From the IMG/VR virus record IMGVR_UViG_3300042914_004291, positions 64,001 through 128,000 of that record: 64,000 nucleotides of DNA; one strand, written 5' to 3'. The notes beneath the pieces were generated by a model. The model worked only from the letters and a program-made list of their open reading frames with translations. It ran no database searches and was not told the origin of the DNA. The DNA comes from a virus. A program made the position numbers and the translations under genes. Within the stretch, counting starts at the first letter, position 1; each line of letters starts with the position of its first letter. Of the stretch, positions 19,859 through 29,021 are shown piece after piece.

Positions 19859-21151
19859 TTACTGACGTCTTCTCTTGTTTTTGCTGCCATCGATGAAGAA
19901 GTCATTCAGCGTTTGTAAATCAGACGCTGTGTACACGGTTTCACCATGTTTCTGTGTTCGATTCATCTCCTTAACAAATCTGCCATTCTTCTTGAAGAGG
20001 AATTGTTGGTTCAGTGTTTTTGTGGATTGATCATTCAGTGGTGTCTCTTCGACATCTTGCGAAAGAGAGAACTTAGTCATCTGATCCTCTTTGGTCATGT
20101 CATACAAAGATGAGTCACGTTCTGACTTGATTCCTTCAGTGCCGCCAACCATCGATGTTTCAAAAACCACAGAAGGATTTGAGATATACCGTTTGATTGC
20201 AGTCTTCTGGCCTGGGCCAGTAGGAGCGACAAGCAGACCTCTGACTGTCATCGTGAAAACGTTTCTGACAATTCTTTCCTCGTCTGTCATGTCATCAGAG
20301 TTGTTGCCCGAAGATATCTCGGAATCCAACACAGCATTGAACCAATAACCTTTAGAGCTCTTGAGATAGAAACTCTTCCCGGGTGCTAGCTGCGATGCCA
20401 GCGTTGCTTCAATCAGGTAGTTCATGTGCATCTCCTCTGTCGTCCAGTACACGATCTCATACTTCGCATCAAACGACTGTGGAAATGGAATCTTGATGAT
20501 CTCATAGATGTGATCGCCCGGATTTAATCCACTAGCCAGCAGCATGCCCTGGCGTATCGCAGGATTGCTCGCTAGGTTGTTTTTATTTGCCCTGTAAGTG
20601 TCTGGTTGGGTAGTCGGAAGGTTTTGCAGCCCAAGTGGATTTAATAAAGCCTGGAGGGCGTTGTCGTCGATCTCTGCATAAGGCCGTTTGATTGTCATCT
20701 CTCCGAGGAATGTGGCTTGCGACTCTTGAGTCAAACCGGTCCTTCTGACAGAAATGGCTGGGAGGATCAGAACGCCGTTCCTGTCTCTGAACGGTTTCAG
20801 CTTCTTGGCGACAGCGAACCTCTCACCACCAGCAAACTTGACGAATGGTTTTGGTAGCGCGAACTGTCTTTGAGATCCTTGCGCAGATGAGAAATTTCTG
20901 AACCCTATTGTCTGATCGAACAACTCAACGACTGCAATGTCGACATCTTCAATTCCACATGATGGAATCCAGAATGATCCGGTAGAACCAATTATGTTAT
21001 CTAGCCCGGTATCATCATTGGCCAGAGCATAGCCTGTTGGAATCTGCTCAACATAGCCACCAAGCCTAGGAACATTTTGTCTTACGACGTTTCCAGGAGG
21101 TGATAGCGGCAGTTTGTTGTCGTCGTTTGCACCATTGAAACTATCAGTCAT
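19859..21151 (-). CDS. putative tail completion/terminator protein (gp15-like)
   Basis: Position between neck and sheath genes; GER, ILPAISVRR and IPFP-x-x-x-x-x-x-YE motifs. Confidence 0.6.
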   Translation of the reverse strand: MTDSFNGANDDNKLPLSPPGNVVRQNVPRLGGYVEQIPTGYALANDDTGLDNIIGSTGSFWIPSCGIEDVDIAVVELFDQTIGFRNFSSAQGSQRQFALPKPFVKFAGGERFAVAKKLKPFRDRNGVLILPAISVRRTGLTQESQATFLGEMTIKRPYAEIDDNALQALLNPLGLQNLPTTQPDTYRANKNNLASNPAIRQGMLLASGLNPGDHIYEIIKIPFPQSFDAKYEIVYWTTEEMHMNYLIEATLASQLAPGKSFYLKSSKGYWFNAVLDSEISSGNNSDDMTDEERIVRNVFTMTVRGLLVAPTGPGQKTAIKRYISNPSVVFETSMVGGTEGIKSERDSSLYDMTKEDQMTKFSLSQDVEETPLNDQSTKTLNQQFLFKKNGRFVKEMNRTQKHGETVYTASDLQTLNDFFIDGSKNKRRRQ

Positions 21152-21860
21152 AGATTCCTGCCTTCGCTGGTGGAGGGTTGTTCACAAACGTCGTAACCTT
21201 TTCGTTTGGATTAGCAGCATTTTCGTCAGGCGCTACTTTCCTAGGCCCAGTACCCAAAGCAATGTCTGCCATGTTCCCACCAAGCCGTTGTCGCATCTCT
21301 CTCACATCCCCAGTCGGCACACCATCCGATGTTTCTGCTAGCCCACGTGTTTGCTCAAATGTCATCTGAGTATCACCAGGGACCAACGGTGTTTTTGGCA
21401 GGTTCTTGATAGTGTTTGGATCAAGCTGGCTAAGTCTTGCAGACTTCGCAGTCAGCTTCCACGCCAGATCGTACTCAGCCATACCAAAGATATTGTTAGT
21501 GTTCACCATGGTCAGGATCTCATACACAGTATCATCAAACATGAACATGTCACCCTCCGATGGTGTGATCTTCTTGTCGTCTAGATCCTTTACCTGAATT
21601 AGAACTTCCAGTTTGCATTCAAGCTGTGGTCCAAATGCCGTGTTCTTAGACACCCACTCAGGCTGACCAACCAAAGCAGGAATCTTGATCGGATTGTCGA
21701 ATATCTTCTCTGGTGCTTCGTCATACACAGGGTGCACAGCACTGTTCAGAGTTGACACCGGGATATAGAGAATAAACTGGCCAGCAGCATCGCTGATAAA
21801 CTCTTTCGTGATGTCGTTGATGAACTGCATCTCTTTCTGACCTATGAACAATCTAGCCAT
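21144..21860 (-). CDS. neck/head completion protein (gp14-like)
   Basis: VYDEA-x-x-K-x-F and PSEGD motifs; synteny. Confidence 0.7.
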   Translation of the reverse strand: MARLFIGQKEMQFINDITKEFISDAAGQFILYIPVSTLNSAVHPVYDEAPEKIFDNPIKIPALVGQPEWVSKNTAFGPQLECKLEVLIQVKDLDDKKITPSEGDMFMFDDTVYEILTMVNTNNIFGMAEYDLAWKLTAKSARLSQLDPNTIKNLPKTPLVPGDTQMTFEQTRGLAETSDGVPTGDVREMRQRLGGNMADIALGTGPRKVAPDENAANPNEKVTTFVNNPPPAKAGIYD

Positions 21861-21886
21861 GCTTCGTTCCTTCTATTATTAGCCCG

Positions 21887-23158
21887 TCATCCGACGTAAA
21901 AGACATATTTTGGGGGAATTGGCGTGAAGGATAGCTGTTTCACCATTGACTCTGCCTTGGCAGCATCTTGTTCTGCTAGTTTGTCGTACGTCAAACCATC
22001 CAGAGTCTCTTTCAACGACGTGAGCAGTTTCTCCTGTTGCTCTCTCCCAGCAGAACGAAGATCATCACCGTCCAACTGGAGTTCTGCACCGGGTATTGGA
22101 ATGTTCTTGAACTTGCTTCTCACCTTGCCAAGCAATTCCGTGCTCAAAGCTAGGGTGAATTGCGCAATCCAGTTCCTGCTCCACATGTTCAGGCTGTTGT
22201 AGTTCAAAGGCCCAAACGGCGAATTGAATGGACCATTCACGCCATAGATCTTGTCTTGCTGGAACGTTCCACCCGATCCGGACCCATAGACTTGATATGA
22301 AGATCCAGAGTTAACCAATGAGTTGGCTAGAGTCGGAAATGGAGATGATGAAAACCTCACACGCAACCAAACTCTGTCGTAATAGCCAAGACGCAAGTTG
22401 TTTGGCACTGGATAGATCCGGATTTTGCGGCCAGAGATCTTGTAGGTGTAGTGCGACCTTCTGATCTTCTGAGCCTCCTTGAGCATCGATCCTCTCAGCA
22501 CGTCTTCAAATAATGGAAGGACATAGAACCTAGTGTCTGGAATCCAGCTCTCAACAGGCAAACCAGAAGCAACAAAGTTCGATGCAAGGTTGCTGTTGAA
22601 CATGTACTGCGCTGGTGGCCCATGAAAAACTTCAACAACTTCCATGCCGCCAACAGAGCCGCTTGGCTGCTGAGCCCAGATGCTTGAACCGCTAACGTCT
22701 ACCAAGTCAGTATAGAGGTCATATTCCTGTCTCCCAGTGGTGAGATGGATATAGCCCATGTACGACTGCTCAGACTGACCAAAACCAACGATGCTAGCAT
22801 AAGGTGCAGCAAGCATGTTCAGGAACTCAAGGTTCTGCTGGACATACATGTCGGAGATGTTGATGTTGTTGTTTCCATTGGCATCTAAACTTCCAGTTGG
22901 CATGCCTAGGATCGAAGTCAAGTTTGACTTGTTCTGGTACTCGATCATCTTGCCATTGAACTCGCGAGTAGCATTCTCAAAACAAGCCCAGATCATCTGC
23001 TTAGTGAGCTCAACACCTAAGACGTCTTCCCCAAGCATTCTGAGAACAAATGTGACCATGTTGTCAGCATCGCTCTGAAACAGCGAGTACCGATCATAGA
23101 AACCAAATGGTGTTGGCCGCAAAGTTGTGTTGAAGGTAATCGATGGAGGAGGAGCCAT
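21887..23158 (-). CDS. neck protein (gp13-like)
   Basis: LG-x-x-x-x-x-VELT and LGKVRSKF-x-x-IPIPG-x-x-x-x-LDG motifs; ATG 23158 follows TAGTTA at 23174-23179. Confidence 0.8.
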   Translation of the reverse strand: MAPPPSITFNTTLRPTPFGFYDRYSLFQSDADNMVTFVLRMLGEDVLGVELTKQMIWACFENATREFNGKMIEYQNKSNLTSILGMPTGSLDANGNNNINISDMYVQQNLEFLNMLAAPYASIVGFGQSEQSYMGYIHLTTGRQEYDLYTDLVDVSGSSIWAQQPSGSVGGMEVVEVFHGPPAQYMFNSNLASNFVASGLPVESWIPDTRFYVLPLFEDVLRGSMLKEAQKIRRSHYTYKISGRKIRIYPVPNNLRLGYYDRVWLRVRFSSSPFPTLANSLVNSGSSYQVYGSGSGGTFQQDKIYGVNGPFNSPFGPLNYNSLNMWSRNWIAQFTLALSTELLGKVRSKFKNIPIPGAELQLDGDDLRSAGREQQEKLLTSLKETLDGLTYDKLAEQDAAKAESMVKQLSFTPIPPKYVFYVG

Positions 23159-23195
23159 GGCAGTTAGTAGCACTAACTACAGATGGCATAGCAGA

Positions 23196-25697
23196 TCATT
23201 TTTTCATAGTCATTTGGCGGTTTTGGTACATCTTATCGCGCTCAGCCTGCGCTTCAGCATGCAGATACTCATCACGAACCTTAATTACAAGTTTGACAAA
23301 CTCGTCTGTGCCATACTCAGAAAGGTCAAGCACGCGAGGAAAACGTTTTGGATCTTCTTGATGCTTTTGTAGCACTCCCTCAGCCGCCCGGTTCAGTGCA
23401 TGGAGCGCAGGAGTTCCTTTAGGAAGGAGGGGCGCCACGATGCGCTTGAATTGGAAAACATCAAACATTTCGTCCCCCATGCGCGCGCGATGCAGTAATT
23501 TCTTCAATTTGTCCTCCGCGTCGGCGGTGACCGCGTCGGCGGCTTCACGCAGAGATCGACGTTGATTTTGTTCGCGGCCTTTCTTCAGACCTGCTTTATA
23601 AGCAGCAGCAATGGCTTCCATCACCATCTCTTGGTCAGCAGCCTCGGCATCATCAGCAGCAGCCGCATCGTCTGCCATTGCAGCACCGACATCTTCTTTC
23701 ACAGTTGACACCTCTGCTAGAGATTCTTTGAGTGATTGTTTGATCAGCTTGGCAAGGTCTTTCATGTTCATCTTCACGTTGCTTGGTGTTGTTGGTTTCC
23801 TGTTTGTTATAGCCATGGTAGTATTGGAGTTAAATATCTCAGTGATTGGTTTTATTCCTCTTGGTTTGACCATTGCCTGTTTGTTCGCTTGCAACTCCTT
23901 CACTCTCCGCAAACCAGAAGTCCTGATCATCTCAAATATTTCACGGCCAACATTCTTGAGATCATCTGGGAGGTTCGCAGTGAACTTCTGTGTGTCGCCT
24001 ATCGCAATGAATGATCTCATGTCAGTGCCTGAAACGTTTCCGAACCTAGGAACCGATACGATGTCAATGAGTTTCTGTTCTGCTAGCCTAGGGGCATCCA
24101 AAGAAACGCTATCTGGCCTGAACCTTGCTATGTCTTCATCCCCAGCCAACAGATTCACTTGAACGTTCTGTCCGGATCTGTCATAGGCATTCAGCTTCTG
24201 ATATGCCATGGTGACCGGGTTGTCTGTGAACTCAACCATGACGTTTGCTGGGAGTGTTCTGAGAATATATCGATTCCAGATCTCTCTCATGGTAGCGCCT
24301 AGGATTGGCACTTCACCAGACTTCTCTCTGTCACTTTCAGATACCAAAAGAAGCACTTTGTCGCTTTGCATAGAAGCCAGCCTGACAACTCTGTCATGGC
24401 CTCTGTGATATGGCTTGAACGCACCCGGGAAGATTGTGACTGTTGAGTCCGCATTGGGTTTTCGCCGCAAAACAAACCCTTCCTCATCATCATAGCCGCG
24501 GCCACCATACTTCAAAGCTCCAATCAACTGATTGATCGGCGCAAACTGACCGGTGAACTTGTACGACTTGCCATTCCTCCGGAACACAATGCCTTCAATG
24601 GTCGAAGTTATCCTGTCAGCAGCTTGCAACTTGTTTAGTTGATCGCCAAGAGCCGCCAATGCATCAGGTGAAGACTTGATCTTCTCAATAGCAGCTTGAA
24701 GCTCTGTTCGAACTTTTGCGGCAGCACCGCTATGGTCAACCACCAACATACTCTTTGATCCTTCAAGCAACTCACTAGCAAACTTTGTGATCACGTTCTC
24801 AATTGGCTGCGTGATTGTCTTGAAGATCTTCTTCTTGTTCCTGTCAAGTGCAACAATCCGAATGTATTGCTCTTCGTCAGCGGCATACTTCCTGAGTGAG
24901 TTGATCTTGACTGTTCTGTCATCATCACCGGTCAATCTTTTGCCAAGTTCATCTGAGATCGAGCCGTCAATACCATATGGTTTCAGATAGTATCCAAGCT
25001 TGACCTTGATATACTTTCCAACAGTGTCACTGTCATTCATCCCAGCATCTTGCATGATTGCATCAATTGATGCTAGAGCTTCCTTCAGCGGCTCTTTTGA
25101 ACCAAGTTTGACCAAAGGATATACAACCGGCGCACTTAATTTCCATCCTGTCTCAGCCATCTCACCATCGATCTTCTGTGCCAAGCCTAATAGTTTATCA
25201 AACACGGCATCATCATGTGAATCTTCAAGATGGCCTGTTGCTTCGTTAAACTTCCTGGCGCCAAACTTGTGTGGCGATATCACGTTCTGTCCATACACAA
25301 TGATATTTGGGTTCACCACAGCAAGGATCTCAGCAGAGAACCAATACTCACCATGATCACCAAACACACTCACCTTCTCATCAGAACCAAGACCAACCTC
25401 TATGGCCTTTGACAGAACATCATAAGCCTGACTGAAGGCGGACTGAACAGATGGCTTGTCCAACCATTTCCTATCCACCTCTTCTTTTGTCATTCCTCCT
25501 CTGCGCAGATCTCCAAGATTCCTGGCGAACCTGAGAGTTCCTTGACGAAACCCAAAGAAGATGTTCTGGCCATCCAACTTTTCTGTCACCGATTCCAAAC
25601 GTCCGGTGCTAGCATCAGTCAGAATAGACTTCAACTCATCAAACGTCAGACCAATGTCTTCGTATACATGCTGCAAATGTCCTGCTAGTCCACCCAT
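23196..25697 (-). CDS. fusion of a ligase-like nucleotidyltransferase domain, an HxGH cytidyltransferase/NMNAT-like domain and a C-terminal head-protein-like module
   Basis: EKLDG, EGIV and YK motifs; FPGAFKPYHRGH and SGTDMR motifs; C-terminal LIKQSLKE and acidic region. Confidence 0.75.
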   Translation of the reverse strand: MGGLAGHLQHVYEDIGLTFDELKSILTDASTGRLESVTEKLDGQNIFFGFRQGTLRFARNLGDLRRGGMTKEEVDRKWLDKPSVQSAFSQAYDVLSKAIEVGLGSDEKVSVFGDHGEYWFSAEILAVVNPNIIVYGQNVISPHKFGARKFNEATGHLEDSHDDAVFDKLLGLAQKIDGEMAETGWKLSAPVVYPLVKLGSKEPLKEALASIDAIMQDAGMNDSDTVGKYIKVKLGYYLKPYGIDGSISDELGKRLTGDDDRTVKINSLRKYAADEEQYIRIVALDRNKKKIFKTITQPIENVITKFASELLEGSKSMLVVDHSGAAAKVRTELQAAIEKIKSSPDALAALGDQLNKLQAADRITSTIEGIVFRRNGKSYKFTGQFAPINQLIGALKYGGRGYDDEEGFVLRRKPNADSTVTIFPGAFKPYHRGHDRVVRLASMQSDKVLLLVSESDREKSGEVPILGATMREIWNRYILRTLPANVMVEFTDNPVTMAYQKLNAYDRSGQNVQVNLLAGDEDIARFRPDSVSLDAPRLAEQKLIDIVSVPRFGNVSGTDMRSFIAIGDTQKFTANLPDDLKNVGREIFEMIRTSGLRRVKELQANKQAMVKPRGIKPITEIFNSNTTMAITNRKPTTPSNVKMNMKDLAKLIKQSLKESLAEVSTVKEDVGAAMADDAAAADDAEAADQEMVMEAIAAAYKAGLKKGREQNQRRSLREAADAVTADAEDKLKKLLHRARMGDEMFDVFQFKRIVAPLLPKGTPALHALNRAAEGVLQKHQEDPKRFPRVLDLSEYGTDEFVKLVIKVRDEYLHAEAQAERDKMYQNRQMTMKK

Positions 25698-25712
25698 GTT
25701 TACCTCGCCGTT

Positions 25713-25741
25713 ACCTTACCACACACCAGAACACCTGTCAA
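25713..25741 (-). promoter_or_regulatory. sigma70-type promoter
   Basis: TTGACA-N17-TAAGGT with extended TG, then GAGG RBS before ATG 25697. Confidence 0.7.
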
Positions 25742-25854
25742 ACAAGCAGGAACACAAACAGGCTTAGGAAGGCTTCTGATATTAATTCTAGGAGGCTCTG
25801 AGTCCATGATGGATAAGAAGACATTAAACCGTAGAACGGGCTCTAGAAATTAAT

Positions 25855-26820
25855 CTAGGAAGACGTCTGAGCCGTTGGTGATGATGGCTGTGATGCAAGA
25901 CGCCAGCCACCAACCGACTTGGTTTCTTTGTGAATAACTTTCAGGAGTGTTGTATAGTATAAACCAAATTCACGGGCTTGCTGTTTGATGTTTCTGGAGA
26001 GTGTCAGGGTTTCGCCGCGATCATTCACAAGAACAATTCCTTCAAATCTGCCTTTAGCAATCTTCTCTCTGTGTTCTTTGCTCAGAGGCTTTCTCTTCTC
26101 ACCTTTGCGCTCGACATACACTGGTTTCTCTGTTCCAACAAACCAGCCATTGGATGATTTGATCTTGCCTTTCACAAGGAGGTGAAAGGCTTTGTAATTC
26201 AAGCCACGTTCCTTGCAGAACGTGCGCAATGAACCCTTCACCTCAACTTGCTCACCAGCCTCCATGTGAGTGAGGATCAGCCCAAGATACTTGCCATGCT
26301 CTTCGTGGTGTTTTTGGATAGCCTCTCTGCGCTGCTCGCGGTCCTCTTTGCTATATTCCTCTGCAAAGTATCGCTGAACGGCTGCCTTTTGTTTTACATT
26401 GTCTTCCGGCAATCTTTTACCGCAACGCTTGCTCGTTGTTGGATCATCCTTCTGTTTATTCGGACGCCCTGCCCTAGAATCGGCTGCGTCTTTTCGAAAG
26501 TTGTAGCAGTTCTTTTGGTTGTCGTACAGTTGATCGATCCAATATTGCTCTCGCAACAGCATCTCGGCTTTGCTCTCAGTTACCTCAAGCACTTCGAAGA
26601 TGAAACACTCAGAACCACACTTGTTGAAGTCGTTTTGAAGATATGTGTTTTTGTGCCTGCTGGCTTCTAGGTCTGCTCGATGACTCCTAGCTCTGCCTTT
26701 GAATCTGCGCGTACTGCCAATGTAGATCCGTCCATTTTTTGTGTTGATGATCCTGTAGATGCCGCTCTGGTTGGCATGAGTGCCATAAATTGTTTGCATT
26801 GTAGTTCCTGATCCTGTCAC
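25855..26820 (-). mobile_element. free-standing GIY-YIG homing endonuclease gene
   Basis: GIY-x10-YIG, conserved R, E and N residues, NUMOD3-like LSKEHREKI and two HTH-like repeats ending NGW/GGW. ATG 26799 is a likely start. Confidence 0.9.
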
Positions 26821-26840
26821 TAAACGATCTTAGATGTCCC

Positions 26841-26902
26841 AGAGGACAATTTATAGTGGCAACGGCGCCATATCCAAAACCACCACAGTTCCATTATAAA
26901 TC
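26841..26902 (-). pseudogene. degenerate copy of the major capsid gene 3' end
   Basis: Encodes GTVVVLDMAPLPL* versus GTVTVLDTAIV* in the capsid; both are followed by AATTGTCCTCT. Confidence 0.7.
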
Positions 26903-26907
26903 CCTTG

Positions 26908-26946
26908 AAAAACAGAAGGGGAGAAGATTTTCATCTTCTCCCCTTC
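26908..26946 (-). terminator. rho-independent terminator of the major capsid gene
   Basis: Perfect 14-bp stem GAAGGGGAGAAGAT/ATCTTCTCCCCTTC (26915-26946) followed by TGTTTTT on the minus strand. Confidence 0.85.
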
Positions 26947-26988
26947 CTTCGTTCATGTATTGTCCTCAGTGACTAGAGGACAATTAAT

Positions 26989-28956
26989 TCACACAATAGC
27001 AGTGTCGAGAACTGTCACGGTTCCGTAGAAGTCGGAGCGAACCATCTTCTTGCCGTAGCGTGTCATGATACCCTTACGTGGGGTCAGATCCTCGGGTGCG
27101 TACACCACTGGGGAGAGGATCAGAGGCACGTATGGAGCATAGATATAACCAGACTCCAGGAAGGTCGAACCCTTCAGACCGATCAGGATCTTGTTTGCTG
27201 GGAAGTAAGGATCGATGAACACTGAGTAGCGACCATTGATCGTACCAGCGGCTTCGCGACCGATGCTCATTGAGTCACGCACTTGACCATCGGAATCGAT
27301 CTTGTAGTTTGCGCGGTATGCCACGGTGTGCTCCAGGATCGTTTGCACGTCTGGTGAACACACGATGAAATTGCCTGCACCACGAAGAGTCTTCTTGTGG
27401 ATGGTGTTTGCCACGTTGGTGATTGTCTCAACAAGTGTCTGATACCATTGCTGCACGTCACCGGTAAAGGCTGGGCCTGGGTACGAGGTGGATGTACGAG
27501 CAACTTCAACACCAGTGTAGATGTTCACAAACTTACCGGGAGCGCGGCTCCAGTATAGGCTTGCAGCATTTGCTTGGGTCAAGAGGTCGTTCAGGATCTC
27601 ACGGTCAATGTCCAGAGTGATCATCTCAGAGAGAAGGTTTGTCAACTCTGCTTCGATATCCACTGAGAAGTACGCAGTGAGATCTTGTGCCATTTCAGGC
27701 GACCAGCGAGCACGCAGCTTGCGGGTTGTTGCTGTCACGGCAACCGACTCAACCTTGATGTCAACGTCTGGGATCCGTGGGCTTGAATCAACATCGAAGT
27801 TGGTTTCAAAGCTTGGGATGGTCAGGGTCGAACCATCAGAGTTCACTGAGAGAGTATCTGCAACAGGGGCAGAAGCAGTCACGCGGGTTGCTGCTGCCCC
27901 GATACCGGTACCTGGGAGGTTTGCTTGGCTTGGGCCAGACGAACCATTTGCAAGAGCCATTGCCAACAGCACGTGCGAACCATTGAATGGATCAACAGTG
28001 AATGTTGAGCTGGTCCCGGAATCGGTCCAGTTACCACGCTTGGTGAACTGACGGAAGTTCAGGAGTGCTTCACCTTGCTGGTAGGTTGCTGGAACCGATG
28101 TAAACACCGAGCCAGAAGCACCAAGACCGGTCACGGCAACTTGGCCAAGGTCTGTCATGTCTGCGCCGTTGATTGCTGTGGTCACTTGTGACGCACTCAC
28201 AACAAGGAAGCAGTAGTCAATCACGCCATTGGTCACGTCATTTTGCAGGAGTGGGTTGAAGTCCACAAGACGTGCGTTATAGCCCGAGAACCCTGCCGAA
28301 GCAGAGACGCTCGAACCAGTGAGCCATGTAGTGTCTCCGGTCCATGCACCAACAATCACTGGGCCAATTGCAAGTTGACCTTGCACGTTCACCTTGGTAT
28401 AACCATGACCAATCAGGTTGTACTGACCACCAGCGGCCAACGAACCCGACGTGCGGATTTCCTTACCAACGGGGTTGGTGTAGATTGATTGCCCGCGAGC
28501 ATATGTCGCAGCGCCTGGATCAGAACTGGTAGCAAACTTGTTTGCTGCTGTGCCTGCGTCACCACCGACGTACGACCCGTAGGTGTAGTCAAGATAGAAC
28601 AACAGACCCGAAGGCAGAGACATTGGTTGAACGCTGACAATCTCGTTAGCAATCAAACCAGCAAACACCCGACGCACGATCGGGAATGCAACGCTGGTGA
28701 AACCTGCAACCTGACCGCTCGACACAAGAGCCGCACCACCGGTTGAGAGTGAGAGCGACTCGTTGAGCATCCGGCCACCGTCTTTGAGCATTTCAACTGC
28801 CTGGTTTTCCAGGAGTCGCGCCATGAGTTGCTGCCCGTTGGACGAAAGCCCTTCAAGCAGTTTAACCTTTTTCCATTTGTTCACTAGACGGTCGCTGACG
28901 CCACCGTTAGCATTGCGCTGGATACCTTCAGCGAGTTGTGAGAGTGTGATAGACAT
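26989..28956 (-). CDS. major capsid protein (T4 gp23-like)
   Basis: LLENQ, FPIVRRVF, VSVQPM, RKLRARWSPE-x-AQDL, YAPYVPL and MTRYGK motifs. Confidence 0.96.
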   Translation of the reverse strand: MSITLSQLAEGIQRNANGGVSDRLVNKWKKVKLLEGLSSNGQQLMARLLENQAVEMLKDGGRMLNESLSLSTGGAALVSSGQVAGFTSVAFPIVRRVFAGLIANEIVSVQPMSLPSGLLFYLDYTYGSYVGGDAGTAANKFATSSDPGAATYARGQSIYTNPVGKEIRTSGSLAAGGQYNLIGHGYTKVNVQGQLAIGPVIVGAWTGDTTWLTGSSVSASAGFSGYNARLVDFNPLLQNDVTNGVIDYCFLVVSASQVTTAINGADMTDLGQVAVTGLGASGSVFTSVPATYQQGEALLNFRQFTKRGNWTDSGTSSTFTVDPFNGSHVLLAMALANGSSGPSQANLPGTGIGAAATRVTASAPVADTLSVNSDGSTLTIPSFETNFDVDSSPRIPDVDIKVESVAVTATTRKLRARWSPEMAQDLTAYFSVDIEAELTNLLSEMITLDIDREILNDLLTQANAASLYWSRAPGKFVNIYTGVEVARTSTSYPGPAFTGDVQQWYQTLVETITNVANTIHKKTLRGAGNFIVCSPDVQTILEHTVAYRANYKIDSDGQVRDSMSIGREAAGTINGRYSVFIDPYFPANKILIGLKGSTFLESGYIYAPYVPLILSPVVYAPEDLTPRKGIMTRYGKKMVRSDFYGTVTVLDTAIV

Positions 28957-28989
28957 TGTTTTTCCTTATGCTTACCTTTTAGTTGTTTC

Positions 28990-28995
28990 TAACTA
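28990..28995 (-). promoter_or_regulatory. putative late promoter TAGTTA (representative of the TWNTTA motif)
   Basis: The same hexamer class precedes more than 20 virion and lysis genes. Confidence 0.7.
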
Positions 28996-29021
28996 ATGAT
29001 CCTTTTTCTTTTTTCCTACTA

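Noticed and set aside
23400-23580. Locally GC-rich patch in the fusion gene's C-terminus
   Set aside because: Short and partly explained by Ala/Arg codons; too little evidence to call horizontal acquisition.
25781-25854. Imperfect inverted repeat (ATTAATTCTAG / CTAGAAATTAAT) downstream of the endonuclease
   Set aside because: AT-rich, imperfect and widely spaced; no transposase or target duplication.
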